A stretch of 64,000 nucleotides of DNA from Cyanophora paradoxa CCMP329 (GCA_004431415.1 QPMI01000095.1:248001-312000), one strand, 5' to 3'; counted from the first letter of the stretch, positions 12,728-26,025 are shown. The notes: a model not told the origin generated them from the letters alone. A program made the numbers and translations.

Positions 12728-13107
12728 TCGCATGCAGCTAGCAAAGCTGTTTTTGAGTTTTAAAACCGAACCTGTCACGCATATCGTCGAAGTCGACGTC
12801 GGTGCAGCTGAGGCAGCCGCTGAGACGTCGAAGTTAGATAGATATGCGCATGCAGCTATGGCAGTGAGGCTAGTCGCTAGTCGATAGGCTAGCTATAGCG
12901 ATCGTGCCGGGGCTAGCTATAGCGATCGCGCTGCGCGCAGCTGCAAGCCGGGGACGGGGAGTGGGGGGCGGGTCGGGGGTATGAGTTCATATCTGTCCTG
13001 GGCAATTCCGAAAGCTCAAGGTTGGATGGGGTTGGACTTTGCTTACTAGCTTTCCAAAAGCTTAGGACTAGGAAAGCTCTGACAAAGCTTACTAGCTAGT
13101 ACTAGTT

Positions 13108-13715
13108 ATGGAGAAGGAAGCGCCGGGAACATCAGGCTCGGCGCCGGCGTCTAACACTCGCTTCAGAAAGTGCAACGGGTACGTTCACAGGCGCACCGAA
13201 AGTGCGCTCTGACAAGTCGTAATAGATGCGGGAGCACCGATGCGATGGTCCAGGTGCGACGCGGCGGCGCGTACTACGGTAGCCGCTCAGGCCCTTCGTC
13301 CAATTTAGCTAAGCCCCCTCTGCAGTACCACGTGAACTCTGCAGGCTCCAGAGCGTACGCGGAGCGCTGCGTTGACTGTAGAAACGGGAATAGGTGTGTG
13401 CCTCGAGCTCTCGTCGACTGCGTCAGCGGTGTCCGTCTGAAGCGTTTTCGCCCGTCTAGCTGGAAAAGGCTCACGATCTCTTCTCTGGAGCATCAAGTGG
13501 GGCCACGGCCAGGGACGGCGAGCGGAGACGCTGGGATGGCGAGGCCGGCCAGTGCGAGGCCGCCCAGCGTGAGATATAGCCAGAGGCCCGCTGCTCAGCG
13601 CCCAGCGATCGCGAATGACGACACACGATCTATGCGCACACATACAACAGCGACCAGGACAGCGGCTCAGGGCTCGGCGAGGCCGGCTTCTGCAAGGGCC
13701 GGCTCCCAGAGGTAG
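13108..13715 (+). CDS. Small hypothetical protein with RPASAR repeats, probably spliced
   Basis: ATG at 13108 (MEKEAPG), GT..AG interruptions, and an ORF-track segment with repeated RPASAR/RPAAQR ending at TAG 13715. No family recognised. Confidence 0.35.
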
Positions 13716-13816
13716 CGGAGGTGGCCGCAGAGCCCAGGACCTTCCCCTTGGGATTTACTTTCAGGATCTACTGCACTCGGCCAATTGCAAGGTTCTAATG
13801 AAATAGGCTGCGGTTG

Positions 13817-15172
13817 TCAATAGTTATACTTTGCATTCAAGGCCGTATATCCGTCGCCGGTTTGATTTGGCGGCGGTACCCACTGCATGGATAAATCGGC
13901 GCAGAGAACTCGATATTTTGTAGCGAAATTCCGTACCTCCTCCTCCCGGGGACCCACGATTATGTCCGCGTCTTGGTCGGGTCCGGGCAGCGATGCGCCG
14001 GGCTTCGGTCGCTTCGCCTCGGGCTCTTCCAAGAACGCCGACGGCGGGGGCCGGCCCTTCCCCGCGGCCCCCTCCTTCGGCTTCATCATCTGCCGCCGAG
14101 CGAGGCCGTGAGCGCACTCGGCGTGGGAGACGGCAAAGAGGCCGGCACCTGGAGCCCCCCGACGGAGGTGTTGATCCTGTGCTCCTCGGCCTTCTTCGCC
14201 GTCCCGCTCGGCCCCGCAGCTGCCTGCCTGCCCGCCTCCGTGGCGCGCGCCGCAGTGAGAGAGGCGGCGGGGGCAGCGGGGGCGTGCCCCGAGGCCTCGG
14301 CCGCCTTCTCCTCGCCCTTGGCCTGCGCGATCTCGCCGGGCTCCTTCTTCTTCACCGCCGCCAGCGCCGCGCTCATCGACATCCCCGCCCCGCGGCTCTT
14401 CGAGGGGCCCGCCCCTGGGCCCGCCTTGCCCGCCCCCGCCCCCGCCGCTGCTGCAGACGGCTTGGCGGGCTGCGCGAGCCTCGGAGCCGCGGGCTTGAGG
14501 GGCTCGAGGGCCGGCTTGACGAGCTGGGCGAGGCTCGGGCGGGGCGGGGCCGGGGGCGGGGCGGGCGGGGCGCGCACGGCGAGGTACTTGTCGAGCTTGA
14601 CGAGCTCGGCGTCGAGCTCCTTGACGCGGCGCTTGAAGCCGGCGACCTTCATCACCTCCTCCCGGCTCCGCATCGTCCGCATCACCGCCGCCACCTCGTC
14701 ATCCTCGCCCTCCGCCGCCGCCGCCGCCGCCGCATCCTCCTGCTTCTTGATCTCCGCCTCCAGCTTCTCCTTCTCCGCCACTGCCGCCGCCTTCTTCGCC
14801 TCCAGCTTCTCCTGGTTCAGCACCTCCGGCCCTTGCTGCGCCACCGCCCGCAGTCGGGCCCCGTCCCCGCAGCGCGTGCCGGCGGCGGCAGCAGGGAACG
14901 TGCCTGCCCGCTGTGCGCCTTGCGCTCAACCTTCTTCTTGCGCTCGGCCGTCCGGTCGAAGAACTCGTCGTCCCCGCTGTCGCTGTCCTCGCCCCCCCCC
15001 CCCTCCTTCCGCCTGCCCGCCCGTCAGCACCCGCGCAACAACCCCAAGCACAAAGGCGCCGCCCGCACTGTTTCCTCTCGTCGGACCTGCAGGCAGGAGA
15101 TGAGCGGGGGCGGGGCGGGGGCGGGGGACGGGGGCGGGGCGGGCGCGGGAGACGGGGGCGGGGCGTGACGAA

Positions 15173-15208
<36 letters not shown>

Positions 15209-16831
15209 TTCTTGCGGTCCCGCATCTCGTCGCGGAGCTCGTCCTCGAGGTCCTCCATCTGGCGGCCCCGCTCGGGCCGGGGCGCCCGCGGCGGGGAGCC
15301 CGCGGCGCACCTCCTGCGCCAACTTGTTGATCGCCTCTTCGTTCTTCTGCACCTGCCTCGCCTGGCCCTCAGTCAGGTCCTGGCCCTTGTCCTCCTTCGC
15401 CCGGATCCGCGCGATCTCCGAGTTGAGGTTGTCGATCTGCGGCGGCTCAGGAGGGGCGGGGCGGGCGCGGGCGGGGCGCGCGCCTTGGCCTTCTTCTGCT
15501 GCATCTTCTCGATGACCTTCTGGGCCTTGGTGCTAATGAGGGAGGAGGCCTTCTGGGCGGCGTTGACGCGCTTGGCGATGGCCCCGGCCTTGTCCGTCCC
15601 CGCCGAGTCCTCGTCCATCAGCCCCGCCAGCAGCGCTTCCCCGCCCTCGCCCTCCAGCGGCGCCTCCTCCTCCTCCTCCTCCTGCGCGTCCTCCCCGAAG
15701 CCCCTGCCCCCCCGTTGGCTCCCAGCCCCCCGCGCCCGGGTCCCGGCCGCCGCCCCGGCCCCGGCCGGACGCACCAGCTAATGCCATCCTCGGCGGCGGG
15801 GGCGCCGCTGACGGCGGAGCGAATGGCGGCCTCCTCGGCCTTCTTCTCGGCCAGCTTCTGCAAATACCGCATCTTCGCCCGCTCCAGCCGGTTCGGGCCC
15901 TCCTCTGGCATCATCTCCGCCGGCCCTTGCTGCTCGCCCCGCTTCGTTTCCCGATGCGCGGTTCCCCGGGGACGGGGCGGCGCACGAGGACGTAGAGCCG
16001 CGTCGACTGCCCAAAGCGCAGCACGTCGCCGACGTTCAGCGGGAAGTACTGCCCGCTCTTGATCGCCTGCTTGTTCACGCTCGTCCCGTGCGTGCTCCCC
16101 AGGTCGAAAACCTGCGCACGCCTCAGCTACCTCGCCCTGCTCCGGAGGGTGCAGACCGCAGCCGCACATTCACTGTGCCTGCGCTCGCACGTTCAGTTCA
16201 GGCCGCTCAACTGATAGCACAGGGCAGACCTGTCTCCGAGTGCTGAATCACCGCGTGCTGCCTCGACACTGTATGACGCGCGCGCAGAGTCAGACACGAA
16301 AACCCATTGCCAAAAACCTGCGAACCGGATGGGTGCTCCAGGCCGATGTCGCTGAGCATCGCAAGCGAATGAGCAGTAGACAACCACGCGTCACGACTAC
16401 ACGCACCATATGTCCGGCTGCCGTCCTGCAGCCCGAGGAAGCGCATGCGATCAGTTCTAGCTAAGATCGCGCAGCTCGCGCGAGACGAACCGATGATGTA
16501 GTGATCCTTCCCTTTGATGTCTATGGTCTCCACCTGAGCATCAGCATTAGGGCGCGTGTGCGCTGCAGGGCGGGGTCGGGCGCGCCAACGACCCGTTCTT
16601 GAGGACCTCCAGCTTGAACTCATGTGTCGGGACCGCAGCCCAGCTCGGTTTCTCGTATTTTGGCGCTTTGGAAGCCGCGGGGGCCTCCGCGGGCGGCTCC
16701 GGAGGTGCAGGAGCCGGAGGCGGCGCGGGGGCTGGCGGCGCAGGCGCTGGCGGCGAAGCCGCTGGAGCTGGTGGCGACTGACTCGGCTTCCGCGGCGCCG
16801 GGACGGCGAAGACACCGTCCGGGCCTCCCAT
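13817..16831 (-). CDS. SLC4A1AP: Kanadaptin-like FHA-domain protein, multi-exon
   Basis: YEKPSWA..P...FKLEVLKNG; FHA motifs LEHPS.SRQHAVIQH and DLGSTHGT; DSDSGDDEFFDRT; diagnostic C-terminus WVPPPNQTGDGYTALNAKYNY*. Confidence 0.85.
15175..15205. repeat. Poly-G31 tract (poly-C on the sense strand) inside a kanadaptin intron
   Basis: Run of 31 G immediately after the minus-strand donor AA|GTGCCCC. Confidence 0.85.
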
Positions 16832-16969
16832 TGCGGCGACTCCGGCGAGAGAAGGGGGGATACCGCGACTTCGCGGCAACGCGCTTGACGACTTGGTCTC
16901 AGGCTTACCTAGGAGCCGGGGAGCTTGGAGCGAGCGCGAGCGCGCTAGGCTGTCGTCGTCGGCGCGACG

Positions 16970-19900
16970 ATGGCGCTCTCCACCTCAACGGGCTTGCTGA
17001 GGTGCGCCGTCAGGGAAGCCTTGCATTCCCGCCGCCAGTGCTGAAGGGCTCCCGCCTGCAGTGATCTGCTCACGCAGCTCGAGGTAAGCGTTCGCACCGC
17101 CGGCAAAGGCTGTCCGCGCTTCACCGCCAACTTCGCATTCGCGCTCATTGCCGCCGGGCGCAGGTTCTCCTGTATCGAAAATGCGTCGAAGAGAACAGGA
17201 AGCCCACGACCGAGGTCGCATCCCTCCGCCTGGGCGAGGTGCGTCGCTGCCGCCTTTTGATCATCGCCGTATGAACGAGCCGCGTGGCGCAGGTCGCGCA
17301 GGTCGATTCGGAGGAGATGAAGCTGGGCATGCGCCAGATCCAGCGCCTTCTTTTCTCGATTTCGAAGGATTACCTTGCCGACATCCTCGAACGGTTCCTG
17401 TACTTCACAGGTCTGCTGCGTCGCGCAGCCAGTTTAGAGTGCTGCACTCACTTCGTTTCTTTGCAGACAAGTACTGTGCCCCCATCCGCGGCTCCGACGA
17501 CCGCGGCGGCCTTCTTGCGCCTGGACAGAAAGGAAAGCTGGAGAAGGTGGAGGCTGCGGATGTCATTGATGACATTAAGGATGATACGCTGGACTTCTAC
17601 GTGCTGGAGACCATCCACCAGCTCATTCTGCTGAACCGCGGCGGGGACCACGGCCGGTCCGACACGTGTTATGCATGCTCGCCTTCCCGCCCTCACAAAT
17701 GGGCGCTTGCAGCGCTGCGGAACGTATTAGCAACTTGCGTGTTCGCCTCCTCCCATATGCGTTTGATCGGCTCGACTACCGCTTCACGTCCGGTGTGTTG
17801 CGCAGCTCGCCTCTACCGATGACCCGGCTCACACTAGTCGCCCTCGTAGCGGTCAAGTACATGGCGCAGCTAACCGTTGGTGTCATTTCGCTGGACCACC
17901 TCCAGGTCTCCATGGTTCCACTGAGCAGCGCACTCTTCGTCGACTGACTCCTCGCGCGCCAGCCTGTGTGCGAGGCTCTTATTGCCAAACAGAGCCAGAT
18001 TATTACAAGCCTTGAGCGCATGGAGCGCGAGATTCCGGCGTACATGCGCACTGCGGTTCGCCTTAGACTCCCCTCGCTCCTCGCACGGCATTGACTGTGC
18101 CTGTAGCGCCACGTTGCATTCGGCCTCTCGGATCCGCTGCAGACAACCGTGACGCTAGACTTCCTGGATCGAATCCGTCCCATCCTGGCCAAGTGAGCTC
18201 GTTTTCTCTGCCCGGCTCTCCGTCCTGAGTGCTTTGGCAGGCTCGACCGCGGCTTTCTACGGCAATGCGCTTGCGAGTCGCTGGCGTCCATCTTCACGGA
18301 GCTAATGCTGTCGGAGCGGCTGGACAAGCAGGAGGACTGGAAGTGGTTCCTGAAGAACGGAGGCGACCTCCCGAAGCGCTTCTGGACTTCGTACGGCGGT
18401 CGGCCCCGTGCTTCCGCTGCCCGCTCCGTCTCTTCTCACGGGCGGGGCAGAGATCTACAAGCTAGTGGAGAAGTGGGCGTCGAAGCAGCGGACGTCGGCG
18501 TACTGCTACAAGCTCATGCAGGTGATGATCTGCCTCGGGGACGAGGAGCTCTACACCAGCAAGAAGAACAGCGAGATGCTCAAGGCCGTCCTCAGCGGCA
18601 CCCGCGTGCGCACCGCCCCGCCCCGTCCCCTTCCCCCACTCCCCCGTCCTCCTTCCCCGACGCGTGGTGCAGGACAAGGGTCTGAAGAAGGAGTCGATGG
18701 AGGTGCTGCGGGACTACTGCAAGATGGTGCGGCCGGAGATCCTCAAGAAGCACGTCGAGGAGTTCACCAAGCACATGACCCCCATCATCAAGGAGCTCTT
18801 CCCCGCCAAGCGCATGCCGATCATGGACAACGACGGCCCGCAGCTGATAGCGCTGCTCATCGAGCTGGGCCGCAAGCACCTGCACTTCGCCATCGGCGTG
18901 ATCGAGAACATGCTCAAGGACAAGTCGTACCACGCCGACTACAAGGCCGTCGCCATGCGCGCCCTCTGCGTCCTCGGCCACGACTTCCCCAAGGAGGCCC
19001 GCTCCCGCCCCGCCCCGCCCCGCCCCGCCCCGCCCGGGCCTGACGCGGCGCAGATCACGGGCTACTACTACGTCCTCTCGCCCCTGATCTTCCCGTACAT
19101 CGAGGAGCCTACTGACGGCTCCCTCCTCTGGGCCGCCATCCCCTGCTTCCCCACCATCGAGACGCCCAGCGAGGAGCGCCAGAAGCGGGTCCGCCCTCGC
19201 CCCGGGCGCTGTCGCGCCGCGCGGCTGACGGGGCAGGCAGCTGGTGACTACCATCGCCAAGCTGACCCTCTCAGAGGACAAGGAGATCGCCCTGGCGGCC
19301 ACCGTCAGCCTCCAGGAGCTCCTCATCAAGCACCCGGGTGCGCGCCGCCGGGCCGCCGCCCCGCCGGCCCCTGACCGCCCCGCAGACACCTTCCTCGTTC
19401 ACACCCTCAGCGCCGTCGTCGAGGTCTTCGCCGTCTTCTCCTCCCTCACCAAGGCCCGCCCCGCACCGCGCCCCGCGCCCCTCGGCGGCCCTGACGCGGC
19501 GCAGGACGAGATCTTCCGCGCCTTCAACAACATGAACGCCCTCTTCCGCGTCTTCTGCGACAACGCCGCCCACCAGGACCCGCCCCCGAAGCCCGGTCCG
19601 CCCCGCCCCGCCCCGCCCGCCCCGCCCCGCCCCGCCCCGCCCCGCCCCGCCCCGCCCCGCCCCGCCCCGCCCCGCCCCGCCGGGCTGACCCCTCGCAGAC
19701 CCGGAGCCGTGGGTGGCGTTCCGAACGCGGTTCGAGGCGGCGTGCCTGCGGTGGTTCACGCACAACGAGTCGTGGATCCGGGACGAGGCGCAGCGGCTGC
19801 TGCTCGTCATCGGGCGGCCCGAGTACCGGGCGATCGAGGCGGAGCTGCCGGCCGACGCCTACCGCACGCCGTACCTCGCGGACTGCTTCGAGAAGCCGCT

Positions 19901-22900
19901 GGGGGCGGAGCACAAGTGGGTGCCGGAGCTGGGCAAGTTCCTGCTGGAGAACCGGGAGAAGTACGACGCGTGCATCTCGATCGCGTGGAACATGATCCTC
20001 GACCGCTGGCTCGCCCTCACCAACGAGATCCCCGCCCTCGTCATGGCGCAGCTGCAGGGCGGGCAGAACGCCGCCGGTGGGAACGAGCGCCTCGAGCTCT
20101 GGATCAACCTCCTCCGCTTCCTCACCCTCGGCCTCCGCTCCTTCGGCCGCGAGGGCAAGGACGAGCCCGGTCCGCCCCCGCGCCTCCCCGCCGCCCCGCC
20201 GCCCCCGACACCGGCCCCGGGGCAGCGATCGAGGGGGCGTTCATCACGCGGCGCGGCGCGCAAACGTTCCTGACGGAGCTGGCGACAATCGTGACGCGGG
20301 TCGGGTCGCGCATGACGGAGCCGATGCGGGCGGAGGCGATGGCGGGGCTGGAGCACATGCACCCGTCGTGCTTCGAGCTCTTCATCGAACTCCTCAAGAC
20401 CAAGTCCCAGCAGGCCTCGCAGGAGCGCCTCTCCAAGCGCCGCGGCCGCAACGCGCCGGCGCAGATCGAGCTGCCCCCGTGGGAGTTCGAGCTCATCTTC
20501 CAGGAGCCGATCCTCGAGACGGTCGCCAAGCTCTTCTCGAAGATGGAGGCGCAGACGCTCGCCTCGGGGGACAAGTTCACGATGATCGCGACGCTCGCCG
20601 GCTGCGTGGCGGGCTGGACGACCGACCCGCCGCAGCGGCACGCCAACGCGCGGCAGAACGTGAAGCGCTACATGGCCGAGATCCTCGTCAAGTACGTCGA
20701 GGTCGCCGGCATCGACGTCGGCCGCCGCACCGGCCTCCTCAACGGGCCCTTCGGCACCGTCAACATCGGCTCGCTCGGCTTCCGCCGCCAGCTCTTCCGC
20801 CTCCTCTCCACCTGGTACTGGTTCGGCTCCTCGGCCGGCGGCTCGAACAGCCCGATCGCCCAGGGCTGCATCCAGGCCCTGCAGCGCCTCGAGTGCGCGG
20901 CGGCGCCGGACCGGCGCTTCGACCTGGAGGAGGAGAACTACGTCGACCCGGCGTACGGGAGCCTGGACGGGAACCGGGACCTCTCGCAGGAGGCGTGGCA
21001 GCTCGAGGTCGCCGTCGCCCGCGCCCTCGTCGGCCTCCTCCGCCTCGGCACCTTCGAGAACAAGGACGTCGAGGACCAGATCCTCATGCTCCTACACTCG
21101 TGGTTCGAGAAGGGCGACGGGCGTGCCGCGCAGGCTGTGGACGCCGCCTTCACGGTCTTCCTCGAGCACAACCCGCACCGCCTGCGGACCTTCATCCAGT
21201 CGAGCTGCCCGGAGTCGTTCCAGACGGTGCTGCAGCAGCGGCCGGCGGAGAACCTCTCGCTGAACTACCTGCGTGCCCTCGTGCGCAACTTCACCGGCGA
21301 GGGCGTCTCCGAGCTCACCCTCTCCGTCGGCACCACCTCCGCCAAGATGTGCGCCCCGCCCCCGCCCCCGCCCCCGCCTCGCCGCCCGCTCACCGCCCCG
21401 CCCAGGCTCTGGGTCTCGCTGCTGCACCAGTGCAGCCCGCTGCCGCTGGCGCGGCAGCAGGCGGTCATCCTCGGCAACTTCCTGGCGAAGCGGCAGGTGG
21501 ACCACGTGGAGGCCGGGGAGGCGCTGGCGGCGGACACGCATCGGATGCCGCACCTGTACGCGGAGCTGGCGCGGCGGTACAGCGCCTCGCTGGCGCTCAA
21601 GTACCGGCACTGGACGGTGGACCTGCTGGACGCGGCGGTGGCGACGCTCGAGGGCGGGCCCCTCTCCGTCTCCACCCGCGAGAACCTCATGCAGATGCTC
21701 CTCCCCTGGCTCCGCAACTTCGGCTGGATCCTCGGCAAGGCCCTCCAGTCCTCCACCGCCAGCGAGGTCTTCATCGTCTCCAAGAAGACCGCCCGCCCCT
21801 TCCTCGAGCACCTCTTCAAGCTCACCCGGTGCCCCGCGCCCCGCCCCGCCCGCCCCGCCCCGCCCGCCCCGCCTGAGGCGGCGGCAGGCTGTGCGCGGCG
21901 AACAACAACGCCGACCTGGCGCGGAGCGACGCGATGTTCAACGCGGACCCGACGGCGGTGGGGGCGCTGGGCCCGACCTCGCTGCTGGCGCGCCTCGTGC
22001 AGTCCATGTGGGTCGCCCTCGTCACCGACGCCGAGTACGTCCCCTTCACCGTCCCCGAGGTCCGCCCCGTCCCCCCCGCCGGCCCCGGCGGCGCGGCGAG
22101 CGGCCGGCAGGTGGTCGACTTCGTGCTCGACAAGTTCGCCATGTGCGAGGTGGACGCCCAGGGCTACTACGAGAGCAAGCCCCCGGACCGCGCCCCGGAG
22201 CTCATCCCCGGCGACCGCAACCTCTGCCGCATGATCATCACCTGTGCGGCCGCCCCCGCCGCCCCCGCCCCGACCGGGGCCAACTGCCGCGCTGACCTCG
22301 TGGGGGGCAGACCTGACGCGGGCGACGAGCGGGCAGCAGCGGCAGGTGCCGAAGCTCGTCTTCGAGCGGCTCATGGAGTCGCTGCGGAACTACGGGCCGG
22401 AGGGGGTCGTCTGGGGCGAGAAGATCGACTGGAGCGCCCCCCTCGAGGTCATCCCTCGCGACGCCCACAAGCAGCACAACGCCCAGGGCGGTCCGCCCTC
22501 CCCGGCCCCGCCTCACGCCGCGCCGGCCGACGCGCGCGCAGAGCTGCTCGAGGGGATCAAGCCGTGGGAGCTGGGGGCGGTGCAGCTGCTGGTGGACCTG
22601 GTGTGCGAGCTGGACCTGCTGGTGGTGCCGCAGCTGCACCTGCTGCTCCTCACCGCCTTCGCCCTCTACCACTCCAACGCCCTCGTCAAGTTCCCCGAGC
22701 GCGACGAGCTTGTCTACAACCTGCTGCAGTCCATCGCCATCCGCCACGCCGCCACCTCCGAGGCCCGCGCCACCGCCCTCAAGTTCGTCCGCGAGCACTT
22801 CATGGTCTCCATCATCCCCGCCGAGACCGTCCGCCCGCCCCGCCCCGCCCCGCCCCGCCCCGCCCCGCGCCTCACCGCCCCCCGCAGCTGCCGCCGCTGC

Positions 22901-25900
22901 TGCAGCCGGTGAAGAAGGAGGATGAGAAGAAGAAGGAGGAGGAGAAAAAGGAGGGGAAGCCGGCGGAGGAGGCGGCGGGGCCTCCGAAGAAGCAGAAGGA
23001 CCACCTGGTGGAGCTGATCGACATCATGGCGGAGTCGCGGGGCCTCGGGGACCAGCTGCGCGCCGACATGGCCAAGCTCGCCCTCGCCTGGGCCGTCCGC
23101 TCCGGCGATCGCGACGTCTCCCTCCAGGCCCTCCGCGTCTTCGCCCTCCTCCACAACGCCGCGCCCGACGTCGCGCCCGACAACGCGCTGCTTCGGCTGC
23201 TCTCGCGGGCCCTCGCGGAGGCGCTGCGCAATGGGGACGAGCCCTCAAAGGTCCGCCTCATAGCCTCCCTCTTCGTCAACGTCCCCAAAAATATGGTGCC
23301 GCCCCCTCTTCGAACGCCCCCCGCTTGCTTTGGGGCCGAGCCGGCGGCAGACGACGACGGACATGGAGTGCTGGGAGCTGATCGTGAAGACGGGCATCGT
23401 CATGCTGGGCCTCCCGGAGGTGGAGAACTTCTCGATCGGGCTCAACATCCTCGTGCAGGTGTTCGTGGAGGAGCACAAGGAGATCGACAAGCAGCAGCTG
23501 CTCTTCGCGTCGGAGGGGATGTGGACGCCGGCCGCCGGCCCCGGCTCGGGCGTCCTCGCCGTGGACGAGCGGGGCGAGCCGCGGCAGCTGAGCATCGACG
23601 AGACGATCGCCTCGACGCTCTTCAAGGGCCTCTGCACGCCCTCGACGTACGAGAACACGCTCAACCTGATCGAGCGCTTCGCCTTCTACTACCGGGACAA
23701 GTGCGGGCTGACGAGCAAGCTCCTCATGGACTCGCTCACCACGCACGCCCTCGTCTCTGCCGCCAAGGCGCGGGACGCCGCCCCCGCGAAGCGCGCGGCG
23801 GCCTTCCTGGGCCAGTTCGGGGGCAAGATGGGGGAGCTCGAGGGCGTCTTCTCCGCCCACGTCGCCGAGACCGCCATCTCCACCAACGAGGAGAAGGAGC
23901 GCGCCGCGAAGCAGGCCCTCGCCTCCAGCATCCCCACCCCCATGTACGCCAGCAAGGAGCCCCCGCCCCCCACCCCCATCTCCCTCGTCATCAACACCTT
24001 CAAGATCCGCCCCGTGCGCCCCGGCCCCCGCACCCGGCCCCGCCCTCGCCCCCGCACCGCCTGACGCCGCCGCGCGCAGCTGCCGGCGTCGCTGCGGAGC
24101 CGGGTGATCTCGCGGTTCGCGGGGGCGATGATGAAGCACTTCGGGACGCGGGGGCAGCGGGGGTGCATCGTGCGGGTGCTCCTGACGTTCATCCGGCGGG
24201 GCCTCTCGGCGTGGCAGGCGCCCGCGCTGGACTGCATGGCGCACATCGTCGCGGAGATGTCGCGCGCGTGGGAGGCCCCCGAGTTCGAGGAGATGCTGCG
24301 CCTCGTCTTCCCGTTCTACTACAGCACGGACGCGGAGGTGCAGCAGATCGCGGAGGGGATGCTCGTCCACCTCGTCCGCTGCGCCCCGCAGGGCGTCGTC
24401 GAGGAGCTCCGCCGCGCCGACCAGCCCCAGGGGGAGCCCCAGGACCAGCGCCGCGCCGGCGGGGGGCCCCTCGAGCCCCGCAAGCCCCCGACCCGCGGCC
24501 AGGCCATCCGCGAGGCCCGCCGCCGCCCCGCGCGCCCCGCCCCCCTCCGTTGACGGGCCCCGCAGGTCTTCAGCTTCATGACGAAGCCGCGGGTGACGTC
24601 GGTGATGGAGCCGCCGCCGAGCGCGTTCGGGGCGGAGGCGCGGCTCTCGCGGCAGGCCTCCCTCGCCAAGTTCAAGATGATCGCGACCAAGGCGGTCGCC
24701 TCGGAGGGCACGCGCGGCGTCGACCGGACGAGCTCGGAGACCGTCAAGGCGCCCCCGCAGGCGCGCCCCGGGGAGGGCATCTTGGAGGAGCCCCTCGAGG
24801 AGGAGGCCGCCGCCAGCAGCGCCGACGAGGCCCCGCCCGCCCCTGTCTCCCCCCCAGCCGCCGCCGCCTCCCCGGCCCCAGCCCCCGCCGCGCCCGCCCA
24901 GCCCCTCGCCGCCCACGACGACGTGAGCCCGCCCCGCCGCATTGACGTGTGCGAACCCGCTGAGCGCCGCGGCAGAGGCGCCGCGACGACGACCGGCGCC
25001 GCGACGACCGGGACCGCGACTACGACGTGCGCCACGCTCTCGCCGGCCCCTTGCGGGGCCCGGGGCCGAGGCGGGTCCCCCGCAGCGCCGCCGCGACGAC
25101 CGCGACGACGACCGCCGCCGCGACCCGCGCGATCGGGGCTCCGACTACGACTACGTGCGCGCGCCGGCGAGGCGCCCACGCGGGCCTGACTGAACCGCAG
25201 CGCCGGCGTGATGACGGGCGCCGCCGCGACGACCGGGACGACCGCGACCGCCGGCGCGACGATAGGGACGACGACCGCCGGCGCGACGACCGCGACCGTG
25301 ACTACCGCCGCGACGATAGGGACCGGGACTACGACCGGCGCCGCGACGACCGCGACGACGACCGCCGGCGCGACGACCGGCGCCGCGACGACCGGGAGCG
25401 CGACTACGATTACGAGCGCCGGCGGGACGAGCGGGGCGATGTGCGCACGCTCCCCGCCCTCGCGCCTGCCCCCGCGCGCATCGGAGCTGACGTCGCTGCA
25501 GCGCCGCCGCGACGACCGCGACGGCCGGGACCGCGATTACGGGACTGTAAGCCCCGCGCCCTCCCGCCCCGCCCTGCTCTGGGCTCATCCTGCCCTCGCA
25601 GAGCTCCCGCCCTCTCGCCGAGCCGGCCCGCGGCCCCTCCCCGGTTCCCGCCGTCCCCGCCCGGGGCCCCACGCCGCCTCCCCCGCCTCCGCGCGGGCCC
25701 TCGCCGGTGCCGGCAGCCGCCGCGCCGCCGCCGCCGCCGCCGCCGCCTGCGCGGCCGCAGCCGCAGGACGTGGACAGCATCCACTCGTCGGACGCCGGCC
25801 GCCGCGGCCGCCGCTCCTCCTCGCCCTCCCGCTCCCTCTCCCGCTCCCCCGACCGCTCTCCGGCGCGCTCCCGGCCGCTCCCGCAGCCGCAGCCGCAGCC

Positions 25901-26025
25901 GCAGCCGCAGCCGCAGCCGCTCGAGGAGCCGCTCGCGCTCGCCTCCCCCTCGGGCCGCCCCGCGAGGCCCCGCCCCCGCCGCCAGGCCCCGCAGCGACGA
26001 CGAGGGCGACAACTTCGACGTTTAG
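16970..26025 (+). CDS. FRY: Furry / TAO3 / MOR2-PAG1-like large HEAT-type scaffold with RD/RS-rich C-terminal tail, many exons
   Basis: Segments resembling the Furry N-terminal domain: KW..K....YCYKLMQVMICLG, LIELGRKHLHFAIGVIENML, AAIPCFP, IAKLTLSEDKEIALAATVSLQELLIKHP. A continuous chain of plus-strand exons with GT/GC-AG introns runs to DDEGDNFDV* at 26025. Confidence 0.65.
24980..25935 (+). repeat. Coding low-complexity repeats: (gacgaccgc)-type RD repeats and (GCAGCC)n RS repeat at about 25882-25920
   Basis: Translate to RRDDRDDDRRRDDRDRDY... and RSRSRSRSRS. Confidence 0.85.
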
